A DNA stretch of 64,000 nt from Lepidodermella squamata (Eukaryota; Animalia; Gastrotricha), in contig JBLDXI010000015.1 of NCBI GenBank assembly GCA_047495785.1, positions 4,154,001 to 4,218,000 on the forward strand, in the 5' to 3' direction. The notes below the pieces were generated by a model. The model ran no database searches. It was given only the letters and a program-made list of their open reading frames with translations, and had not been told where the DNA came from. Numbering within the stretch: position 1 is the stretch's first letter; every line of letters begins with the position of its first letter. Positions 11,428 through 22,510 of this stretch are shown here, piece after piece. Both the position numbers and the translations under genes were made by a program.

Positions 11428-12446
11428 ATTCATCTTCCAACGCAAATCCGAAATGTTTGAACTGTCAATATTTTTGCCAACTATGTGCATGATGTTTCTG
11501 CAACTGAGCTCTGTTTGGATAGACCCGGCCGATTCGCAGCGACCAGCCTACGGAATCACAGTTCTATTGACTTTCATCATATTGCAAATACTTTACGACA
11601 GCGATCTGCCGCCATCTTCCAATACGCCGTACGTTGTCTACATGATCAGTGGCCAAATTTTTATCGGAATGTTATCTACAATCTACGCTTTGTTAACTTG
11701 TTGCCTAGCGACTAATGAAACATTCAAAAGAGAGATCGCTGTACAACCTATTTTTAAATCGTCAAAAATCAGTATAATCAGACTAATTGATATCGTAGTT
11801 TACTTCATATTTGGCTTCGCTTCAATTTTAATTGTAGTCGTAACTTTTTCCCTCATGCGAAGCTGATGTAAAATTATTGTCCAGAAAATTCGTCCTCAAT
11901 TTTTTATTATTCACAAGGTGTTTTTCGATATTGTGCTCGTGCGAAGACGCGTCTTTGTTTTACAGTTCATCTGATGATATAGCCAGAATAATAAATTCAG
12001 AATGCCTGATTGGAAAAACAAAGAAATCGGGTTCTATTTACTGACATTAGTCCACTAATTGCTTATATCAGACTTGAGCAATCAGTGTTTGCCAGGGCGC
12101 CAGTATAGCACGTTCCCGGCTGATCTTATTCGTTGTCTCAGTGATTTCATCGATCGAAAAATATCTTGCAAATTAATTTGCTGCCTTATCGCCGCTTCCC
12201 CTTGTTGCTACGACCGCGAGAAACGTGCCATATTAAACAAGCCAGAGCTGATCAATGATTCGAGTTCATTAATATTTTGCTCATCCCCCATGACCCTAGA
12301 GTCTATGACACTTTGCGTTATTGAATATCCAGCAGTTGTCAATATTTAAAATCATTAATATTTGATTTTATAGATTTTATAGTTGTGAGGCTTGTTACGT
12401 GTGTAAATGATTTGCACATGATTAACCTTCAGTTTTCATTGTAGCC

Positions 12447-13701
12447 ATGCATTACCCTTGGTTAGAGGTTATCGCCTCGTTATTCGCCGTGAATATTCAT
12501 CTGACAGGCTCAGATTTCACGCCAACTGCAATCCAGGAGCAGAAGCTCAAGGAAATCATCTACCCGCAATGTTTTCTAACAGAAAATACAAGACCGGTGA
12601 TGAATTTCTCGGAGCCTTTAATAGTCAGGGTTCGCATGATAGCCTGCGACTTTCGGTCTATAAATGATATTGACGAGGAATTTTCGCTATTGATGGACGT
12701 TGTTTTCTCATGGATGCACCAATGCGCGACCTGGACCAATCTGTCCGACTTCAGCAATGTTGAACGAATTTCAGATACAGCTAGCAACTTGTGGCACCCG
12801 TCGATTATCCACCGTAATTCAGTGAATGACGTGAACGAACTGGCCAGGTAATTTAGTTTAAAATTATATCGATTGGTATTCAAAAAAATTATCTTCAGCT
12901 TGGCTGAAACAACACCGATCTATCTATACAAAAATGGCCTAGTTCAATGGCAAGTTGTAACGATAATGGAGTCGAACTGCGATTTACAGTAAAATATTCT
13001 TTTAATTAAGAGATAGAGAAATTAATTTTTTGTCTAGCTTGAAAAAATTTCCTTTCGACATTCAAAATTGCTCGATCATTCTGGAAAGCTATGCAGATGA
13101 GTCGCTGATCGATTTGGTGATAGATGGCAATGGGTTGTTCACAGAGAGCGAATTGGAAGATTTTATCAGTCCAAGTGCGATATGGCAACTCCTGGACATT
13201 AGCGCGTCTAATGCCTCGCAAACATATGTTGGCCTCAAAGGCAAGTACGACCGGCTGTATTTCACGTTCACGTTTAAAAGAAAGCACGAAATGTTTGAAC
13301 TATCGATATTTCTACCCGTCTTATGCATGATGTTCCTGCAATTGAGTTCGGTTTGGATCGACCCAGGCGATTCGCAACGACCGAGCTACGGAATAACCGT
13401 TCTATTGACATTTATAATTCTGCAAATTTTATTCGATAGCTCTCTACCGCCTTCGTCCGATACGCCCTATGTTGTGTATTTGTTGAGTGGGCAAATTGCC
13501 ATTGGCATGCTATCGACTATTTACACCCTGGTTACGTGTACTTTGGCGACAAAGCGCGGCTTCCAGCGAGAGATGAAAATTTGTTGCTGCCGTAAGAGGA
13601 AAATCACTGTAATTCGGTTACTGGATTGCATTGTATTTTTCATGTTCGGAACTGCGTCTATTCTCCTAGTGCTAATTACCTTCGCCCTGATGCGCAGCTG
13701 A
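12447..13701 (+). CDS. Cys-loop LGIC subunit, 3 exons (LGIC-4)
   Basis: Exons 12447-12847, 12899-12988 and 13038-13701. Cys-loop CDLHLKKFPFDIQNC. Closest paralogue of the LINE-disrupted gene. Confidence 0.9.
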
Positions 13702-14283
13702 AATCTGACCTTGAATTTATCGATTTGTCAATGGTAGCTAAATAATAATAATAAAATAACGTTTGCAGACAGAATAAATAGGACGCTGTTTTTTTAATGA
13801 CTTCCTGTTGTTTAAAAATCGGTCATTTTTTGAATCGAAATGTGAACTTCCTACTGGGCCTTTTACAGACGAAACAACCGTGATTTACGGAAGCTTTTAA
13901 GCTCTTCAAGGCGCAGACGAGATTATCTATGATACATGCCCTGCTTGACGGGCTCGGTGTCGTTTTCATTTAGCTTTATTGAATAGGCCATTGAACTTCC
14001 GTCGACGTGTCAAGTGTTCGCCTATTGAAAACTAAGTCACATGCCATGTGAGCCCTTTTTGCAATCATGTTGATGCGTTTTGTAGGAGTCATTTACACGA
14101 TTTTCTATGCCAAGATTTTCATCTACATCTCGCATTGGATTTTCCGACCTAGATTCGTTTTCAAAAACTTGTGACCATGGTGGCGCGGCCTCTTCACTTC
14201 CGTCTTTGATTTTTTATGGCTTATTTTTCTAGTTTTTTAGTTTTTATAATTTAGAAAAAAATCAGCACGTCCTAACTTTTAGG

Positions 14284-15576
14284 ATGAAAACCAAACCGCA
14301 GCCTCACATCACCGCATTTTTTCTGGCAATTTTTGCTCAATTCGTTATTGGGAATAATATGTCATATTTCAAAACTGAAGAGGATGAGCTGAAAAGTTGG
14401 CTATACGAACGATGCAATTTGCAATCGAATTCCAGACCAGTCAGAGCCTACAATGAAGTTTTTATAGTTTCAACTCGGCTGATTCCCTACGACTTTCGTG
14501 AGATTGAAGATCGGGAGCAGTACTTTTCGATGCTGGTCGAGATCGACTTCAGCTGGCACCACCCGTGCGTTAGATGGGGAGATACTAACGAAACTAGTAG
14601 CTATTCAGATATAACCCGGCTTCAAGATAACGCCAACAAATTCTGGCGGGTTTTACTCACCCACATAAATGCAGTCGAAGACCCGAATTTTCTTGTAGGG
14701 TAAGAAAAAAGATCGGGCTCAATTTTGCTCTGAATTTAAATATTTCAGCCAAGCAGAAAAGACACCGATGTACATCTACCCAGATGGAACTATGACTTGG
14801 CAAGTGGTCACTTTGATCGATTCTAACTGCGACATGGAGTGAGCTGATATTTCTTCAAATTTATGTGAATATTCCCAAATTTTACAAGCAGATTGCGGCG
14901 ATTTCCGTTTGATAGCCAGAAATGTTCGATAATCCTAGAAAGTTACGTCGAATCCTTTCTAATTCGGCTCCAGCTTAATGGAACTGGAATTTTGATGCAG
15001 CAAGCTTTAAACAAATTCATCGATGCCAGCCAAATTTGGGAGTTGAAGAGTGTTAACGCGACCACCTCAAAAATGATCTACGCCGGCTGGCAGGGTGACT
15101 ACGACCGGGTGGTATTTACATTCAGCTTTCAGCGAAAAGTTGAAATGTACATAACCACGCTGTTCCTGCCGTCATCTTGCTTGATGGTACTACAACTCAG
15201 CGCAGTTTTCATGCCTCCGAAAATTGCCGAGCGATCGTCTTACAGTATAACGAATTTATTGGCTTATTTTATCCTTCAATCGGTGATTGTTGAATCGGTG
15301 CCAAAATCTTCGGAAACGCCCTACGTTTCGCTGTTCATCTGTGCTCAAATGATGATAGGATGTCTTTGTACTATTTACACGCTGGTGTCATGCGACCTGG
15401 CGAGGCGGAAAACGTTCAAAAAACCGGTGGACATTCATTATTGGAAGGGCTCGAAATGCAAAATATCACTCATTCGATTACTAGATTTTGTCATTTTTGG
15501 ATACTTTGCGTTCATGACTGTTGTATTGCATATTGTCATTTTTGTGCTAATGCAAAAAAGCGACTCAGATCGGTAA
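14284..15576 (+). CDS. Cys-loop LGIC subunit, 3 exons (LGIC-5)
   Basis: Exons 14284-14699, 14749-14838 and 14892-15576. Cys-loop CDMELRRFPFDSQKC. M2 is ERSSYSITNLLAYFILQ. Confidence 0.9.
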
Positions 15577-16178
15577 GCGTCTATGAATAAATTCTGATGA
15601 TTTTTTTGGACAATTTCCAATCTCATTTTTTTTCTCTCTCTCACTCTCGCAGCAGTTAGGTGTAATATCACCATTTTCTCTTATCACGGCATTTCATAAG
15701 GAGAAAAGGTCGCTAAGCCATTCAATGTTTCCAGCCCTATGAAAAATTACTCCGAGCTGTTCTGAAAACTTTGGGGGAAGCCAACATTTAGTTTTCCACA
15801 AATTCGGGCTAAATTCGATTTGCTCTCGAATACAGGCGATGGTGGCGCGTTGGCACCTATATCAATCACTACCTTTGGAGCAAAAATTCCGAAACTGATG
15901 AAATTTCGCCAAGCTAATAATCAAGGAATGAACGAAAAATAGTGTTCAATCACGTGCGGAACGAGCGGGATTAAATGTTTGCTTGTTGGAACACTAAATT
16001 ACGCGAACGTTAATTATTACGTAAATAAAACTAGTGAATCAGCAAATATACCTGAAGCGGAAATTACTTGAGTAAAATGCGTTTTCGTGTGCGCAGTTTA
16101 TAGTTTATACGCCTAAAGTTGAACTCGAGATAAATTTGAGCAAAGTCAGATCTGGTGTGAATCAGGAATCAGGTACAA

Positions 16179-17318
16179 ATGGAGCTTCATTTCAGCTTCA
16201 TTTTTGCGCTGGTTTACGCGGATTGTGCTCTTGGTCGAAACCCTAACTGGAGCTTTACAAGACTTCAAACTCTCTTGCAACAACGCCGGGACAAAGCCAA
16301 CATAACAGGACGCGACCCGCCAAAATTGAATGAATGGGATGTGATATCGCTGAACCTGACCTTCCTAGCGATGAGTTTCATTTCTTTGAATGAGATACGC
16401 GAAACACTCACTGTTATGCCAGACATCGAAATGAAATGGCAGGACTCGTTCTTCAAATGGGACGATATCAAGGAGTTTGACGGTATCGATGAGCTGACTA
16501 TGAGCCCGCGAAACAACTGGGTGCCTAAACTTTTACATATGAACAACGCTGAAGACATTTATGCGACGTTGAAGTACGAAAAAGAGCTCGATGCGATACA
16601 TGTGCTGCCTCATGGGGTTGTCAAATTCTTCCCACCTGTGCCAGCCATTACAACAGTTTGCCCGCTTGACTTTCTCCGCTTTCCTTTCGATGAGCAGACT
16701 TGCATTTTCAAATTCGGCTACTTGGATTCATGTGATGACGTTGAATTCGGCAATGTAGCTATTGTGGTTGGTATTCCGCAGAAGAAAATCGAGTTCACAT
16801 CGGATAGCTCACAGTGGCACGTGACTGGCAGTCAGGCGATTCTGACGAAAAAGTGCGGTATTTTTGCGGATGCGGCCCAGTTCAGCATCACCCTGAAACG
16901 CCGCCCGCTTCAGTTTATCTACATAGCAATAATTCCAATGGCCTTTCTGATGCTTCTCCAATTGGCGACCTTCGGAATTCCGGCGAGTGCCCCGGACCGG
17001 TCAGCTTATGCTATGACTTGTCAACTAGCGTTGGGGGTTCTTCAGACTAACATAGATAGTGAGATGCCAACAACTTCACAGTTGAGCTACATTGCTATAC
17101 TTTTCACCATTCAACTCAGCATTGCGACTGTCATCACGGTTTACGCCTCAATTTCTTGCTACATCTATAACAATTTGATAAAAAATTGTTGCAAACAGGA
17201 GCGCAAACTGTATCTGATAAGGGCCGTCAAAATCAGCGATGTGACGTGCTTTTCTTTCTGTGCTCTTGTCATCACATTTTCGTCTGCTATTTTCTTCGCG
17301 AAAATGCGAAATGATTGA
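16179..17318 (+). CDS. Cys-loop LGIC subunit, intronless (LGIC-6), recent duplicate of LGIC-1
   Basis: Same 379-aa length and highly similar to 1547..2686. The flanks are also similar (about 15960-16178 vs 1300-1546, and 17335-17460 vs 2705-2830). Confidence 0.93.
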   Translation: MELHFSFIFALVYADCALGRNPNWSFTRLQTLLQQRRDKANITGRDPPKLNEWDVISLNLTFLAMSFISLNEIRETLTVMPDIEMKWQDSFFKWDDIKEFDGIDELTMSPRNNWVPKLLHMNNAEDIYATLKYEKELDAIHVLPHGVVKFFPPVPAITTVCPLDFLRFPFDEQTCIFKFGYLDSCDDVEFGNVAIVVGIPQKKIEFTSDSSQWHVTGSQAILTKKCGIFADAAQFSITLKRRPLQFIYIAIIPMAFLMLLQLATFGIPASAPDRSAYAMTCQLALGVLQTNIDSEMPTTSQLSYIAILFTIQLSIATVITVYASISCYIYNNLIKNCCKQERKLYLIRAVKISDVTCFSFCALVITFSSAIFFAKMRND

Positions 17319-17797
17319 ACTTTTGCTTGAATGTATATTCACCTGCTTATTAAGATGCATGCCGGCGGGAATAGGCGTGTCAGGTGAACGCAGGGTTCTA
17401 GCACCTAATTTTAGCTTCAAAGTTGGATTCCTCAAAAAATAATATGATAATGGGTCTTAAAAATGTGAATAAACATCCACCTGGTTATTCAAATGTGAGA
17501 AAATTAATTTTTTAAAAATTTTCGGCAAAAGAGCATCGAGGTGCCATAGGCCGAATAAATAAAAGACTTGCTGAAAATAAATAATTGTGAAAAATTGCAG
17601 TAATTTGAGTGGAACTTTGCGTTTTCCAATCAATAATGCCAGATGATGTGCGCACTCGTTTTGACCTCAGTGAAGACTTTTTCTTACGCTTGACGGTAAA
17701 ATAGTACAAAGGGCATGAGTCACGGTTGAACCCATCTTCCCACATCCTAAAAGATCCAGTTCATTATGACCAGAACTATCCACTTCAAAATAATTAA

Positions 17798-19071
17798 ATG
17801 ATCCGTTATCTCTTAATATTTATTGTTTTGATAATTTTGTATCGATTGCCGCCGTCTTCGTGTCAAAACGATCAGTACCTAGCTCTTGAAGACCAGCTAA
17901 AGTATTGGCTTTACTCGAAATGCAGCCTAATGTCGAAAACCCGGCCTGCAAGCAACTATTCAGAGCCGCTATTTGTCTCAGCTAGGGTTGTGCCCTACGA
18001 CTTCAGGTCAATCGTCGATCGTGAGCAGAGTTTTTCGCTATTCGTTGAAATTGACTTCTCTTGGAGGCATCCATGCGTATCTTGGGGCAATACCGAGGCG
18101 ACGAAGAAATACGCCGATATTTTCCGAATCCAGGATACGGCTGATAAATTTTGGCGGGTTCAGTTGATGCACAACAATGCTCAGAGAGACGCGAATTTCC
18201 TATCAAGGTGAGATTGCTAAATCGGCCGGAATGGTTCCGCTGTAATTTCATGATTTTAGCATAGCTCAGCATACCCCGATGTACATCTATAAAGATGGAC
18301 TAATGATATGGCAAATCGTGACTATTGTGGATTCTAATTGCGAAATGAAGTGAGTATTTTTTTGTAAATTTTGAAAATTCGAGAAAATTCTTTCGAAGCT
18401 TCCGAAAATTCCCATTCGACCGGCAGACTTGTTCGATAATTTTTGAAAGCTACGTCGAATCGTTTAACATTCGACTGATTCTCGATGGAGCCGGCGTTCT
18501 TTTGCAGAAGGACATGTTGGAATTTGTCAACCCAGCCGATATATGGCAACTGGTCAGCACAAATGCTTCAACTTCGAAACAGACTTACGCCGGCTGGGAG
18601 GGTGACTACGACCGCGTTTATTTCACCTTTGTTTTCAAGCGAGAATTCGAAATATACGTCACTTCAATTTTCATACCTTCTTTTTGCTTAATGATCTTAC
18701 AACTAGCGACTCTACTTCTTCCACCTCGTTTCCCAGAGCGATCTTCCTATAGCATAACCGTACTGCTAGCCTTCGTTATTTTGCAATCTGTTATCGGCGA
18801 TTCGTTGCCTAAATCGTCAGAAACTCCTTACATATCTATAATGATCAGTGGGCAAATCGTTATTGGCATGATAATGACAATTTACTCTTTGATCTCTTGC
18901 GATTTGGGTAGAAGACCAATGTATGCTGCGCCGATTAAAATTAAGCTGACTACTTTCTCGAAATTTCAGCGCATTTCATTAATTCGAACCATAGACATAA
19001 TATTTCTCGGAACGGCTTCTTTCATATCCGCGGTTTTCAATATTACTTTATTTGTTCTAATGCTAATTTAG
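17798..19071 (+). CDS. Cys-loop LGIC subunit, 3 exons (LGIC-7)
   Basis: Exons 17798-18207, 18260-18349 and 18399-19071. Cys-loop CEMNFRKFPFDRQTC. Confidence 0.9.
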
Positions 19072-19163
19072 CGTGAGATTTGATCATGTTCGCAAAGACA
19101 GGTGAATAAACATATGCAAGATTTTCCCCGGGTCTTCTCCATATCATATTCTTTGGTTTAAAA

Positions 19164-20426
19164 ATGAGGCTTTTAATTGCTATTATACTACTAAGGTATT
19201 CTGTCTTGTGTATCGAAGCCAGTGATGCCTTTGTACCTGAGGAGCAAGAGTTGAAAGACTGGCTGTATAAGAAGTGCCACTTATTCGATAACACGAGACC
19301 GAAGCAGAATTTCTCCGAACCTTTGGTAGTCCATGCCAGTGTTGAGCCTTACAGTTTTAGGGCCATCAAAGACCGCGAACAGAGCTTCTCAATGCTGGTC
19401 GAGGTCGATTTCTCGTGGAACCATCCGTGTGTTGGCTGGGGATATGGCAATGATAGCAGTCGCTTCTCGAATATTCTCAGAATTCAGGATGTGGCCAGCA
19501 ATTTCTGGCGCCCGCAAATTTTCCACAACAACGCGATGCAAGATGCAAATTTTCTATCTAGGTAACTGTTTTATAACAAACTAATCTGTCGATAATTGAC
19601 TGATTTTTTCCAGCTTAGCAAAATACACCCCGATGTACATCTATTCCAATGGGCAACTTATCTGGCAGATAGTTTCTATCATCGATTCCCATTGTGAAAT
19701 GAAGCATGTTACGATTATTTTTTTCCTGCAATTTTTAAGCTTGATTTTTTTGTTAGTTTTCGGAAGTTTCCTTTCGACAAGCAGGTGTGCTCTATCATTT
19801 TCGAATGCTACAGCGAGTCATTCGTCACGACCTTACAAGTCTCGGGTGAAGGCGTTGTAATGCAGGAAAGCTTAGCTGACTTTGTTAGCCCCGCTGATAT
19901 CTGGCTTCTAACGAACATCAGCACTTACACAACAAAACAAAAATACGCTGGCTGGGTCGGGGAATATGACAGGATTTACTTTAATTTCACATTCCAACGG
20001 AAATATGAGCTGTATATTACGAGCATCTTTCTACCCTCATTTTGCTTGATGATTCTGCAAATTTTTGGCGGATTGCTGCCGCCTAAAGAGCCGGAAAGAG
20101 CGTCTTACAGCGTTACAGTCTTGCTTTCGATTATCATCTTGGAAACTGTCATCAGCGAGTCGCTTCCATCATCGTCCGAGACTCCCTACATTGCAATTTT
20201 CATCAGTGGGCAAATCGCGATCGGAATGTTGTGCACAACCTATTCATTGGCATCGTGCCAATTGGCTCAGATGTCTAAATTCAAGCGCATAGTACCGTAT
20301 CCGTGCTGTAAAAATCGAAAAAGTGGCATCAGAATTATTCGACTTCTTGACTTGCTCTTCTTCAGTGGTATCAGCTTGATTTGTGTCGTTCTAGTGCTTT
20401 CAACTTTCGGCCTAATGCTTTTCTGA
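19164..20426 (+). CDS. Cys-loop LGIC subunit, 3 exons with a GC-AG second intron (LGIC-8)
   Basis: Exons 19164-19561, 19614-19703 and 19757-20426. The second donor is GC at the position homologous to the GT donors of the paralogues, giving CEMNFRKFPFDKQVC. Confidence 0.82.
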
Positions 20427-20681
20427 ACTCGGCAATAAAACGTTTTGGTGCGGTGATGAAATAGGTCAGTAATAACTTATATCGTCGCGTTGACCTTTCG
20501 TATATTACACTCAAAGTGCTGCGAAATAAAAAAGAAGACCCCTGAAATCTGAAGATTTATTTAAGATAGCAGCTGATAATACAAGCTGACGGAGGAAAAA
20601 AATTAAGCTGGCGGAAATTCATATTTCTGCGAAAAATTGGCGTGTTTAACCAGCGACGAGCTTCATTTTACTGAAAAACTG

Positions 20682-22076
20682 ATGATTTTGATTTTGATTT
20701 ATTTTCAAATATTCATTGCCCTTGGCTCGAATGAAATCACTCCGAATCCAGTTCTGACGAAAGCTGATGAAAATGAGACGACTACAGCTACCACGGTCGT
20801 GTCTTTAACCACGAAATCCGCGCCTCTTATCGCGAAGGACCAAGGCACTAGACCCAGCAGTCAGAGCTCCGAACCTTTCATCAGCCAAGAGCAAGAGTTA
20901 AAAGATTTGTTGTACGAAAAGTGCAAACTGCTGACAAATTCCAGGCCTGTTCTCAACTATTCGCAACCGCTGGTTGTAACGTCTTCGATAGAGCCTTACA
21001 GCTTCCGTTCGATCGAGGATCGGGCGCAAAGTTTCTCCATGCTGATCGAAATCGACTTCAAATGGAAACATCCTTGCATCGCGTGGGGGTTCGGCAACGA
21101 AACGAGTAAATTTGCAAATGTTCTTCGTATTCAGGATCAAGCTCAGAAATTTTGGCGGCCGCAAATATTTCACCAGAATTCAATGGCCAACGCCAATTTT
21201 CTGGCAGAGTATGCCCCTTAATTTGTTTAATAACGCTTTTAATTTTTAATTAATTAATTAAATAATTAATTTTTTACAGAATCGCCAAGCATACACCGAT
21301 GTACATCTACTCGGATGGGACCATGATTTGGCAAATGGTTGCGAACGTTGATTCCCAATGTGAGATGAGGTTAGTTGTTTTAGTTTTTTCTGGCATACAT
21401 TTTTTTGTTTACTTTCAGCTTCCGGAAATTTCCATTCGACTCTCAAACTTGTTCGATTGTTTTTGAGAGCTACGTCGAGTCATTTTTAGTTAGCATAATC
21501 ATCGATGGCCAGGGAATTACGATGGAAGACAGTTATCAGGACTTCGTCGAGCGGTCGGAAATTTGGACGTTAATCGCTACGAATACCAGCCAAACGAAGC
21601 AAAAATACGCCGGTTGGGTGGGCGACTACGACCGTGTTCGCTTCACATTCACATTTTCGCGAAAATTCGAGATTTATTTCACGAGTTTGTTTCTCCCGTC
21701 AGCCTGCCTAATGCTGCTCCAAGTTAGCACAGGCTGGTTACCGCCGAAATCAGCCGAGAGATCGACCTACAGCATTACGGTTCTGTTAGCTTTTGTCATC
21801 TTGCAGTCGATTTTCGACGAATCTCTGCCGCGATCCTCTGAAACTCCACTCATTTCGATGTTCATCAGCTGTCAAATCGGCTTCGGCATGGTCTGCACGT
21901 GCTACAGCCTGTTCTCGTGCAACCTGGCTAGCGCTAAATTGTTCAAGAAAAAGGTCGGCTTTAAAGGTATCCGCGTGACTGCCATTCGAGTTATTGACTT
22001 TCTGTGCTTCGGAATCATGGGCATAGTCTCTGTCATGGTTTACCTGGTTACATTGTATTTCATGTTAAAAAAATAA
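20682..22076 (+). CDS. Cys-loop LGIC subunit with Thr/Ser-rich N-terminal extension, 3 exons (LGIC-9)
   Basis: ATG at 20682 opens a signal peptide. Exons 20682-21208, 21280-21369 and 21419-22076. Cys-loop CEMSFRKFPFDSQTC. Confidence 0.9.
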
Positions 22077-22510
22077 ATCCGCAGCTAATTTTTCATCAAC
22101 AAACTTTTTTAAGAAATATGTGAATTATTTATAAAAATTATAGATACAATTTAGTATCAAAAAACCAAATTCGCTTGATTTGAATTATATTTTGAACGCA
22201 TTCGGCTAGGTCAATAAATTACATTTTTTTGCCGATGACGACATTCAGTTGTCCCATGAATTTTCTAGCTCCGGCGACAGAAAAAAAATTGACCGATTTC
22301 CGAAATGCCTACCCATCATCATTGTCTAGAAACCACTTGATATATGACCGACTCTATAGACGCAAGCAAAAGAACTGTCTCCAATTATTTTCGGTTCGAT
22401 TGTTGTTCGTGCGCGAATTGATTGCCACCCGCGCAATTTCGCGACGCCTCGCACACCCCGATCAAAGATCAAATCCCGATAGCGGTTATTGTTGTAAAAA
22501 ATCTCTCAAA

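Larger units (their letters stand above)
7058..11866 (+). pseudogene. Cys-loop LGIC subunit interrupted by a LINE (LGIC-3)
   Basis: Exons 7058-7446 and 7495-7584, with exon 3 starting at 7635, broken at 7867 and resuming at 11433. Removing the insert restores YFTFIFQRKSEMFELSIF, collinear with the paralogue at 13038-13701. No other frame disruptions were seen. Confidence 0.88.

Noticed and set aside
22229-22510. N-terminal 94-aa extension of the 473-aa ORF
   Set aside because: The signal peptide and paralogue length point to the ATG at 22511.
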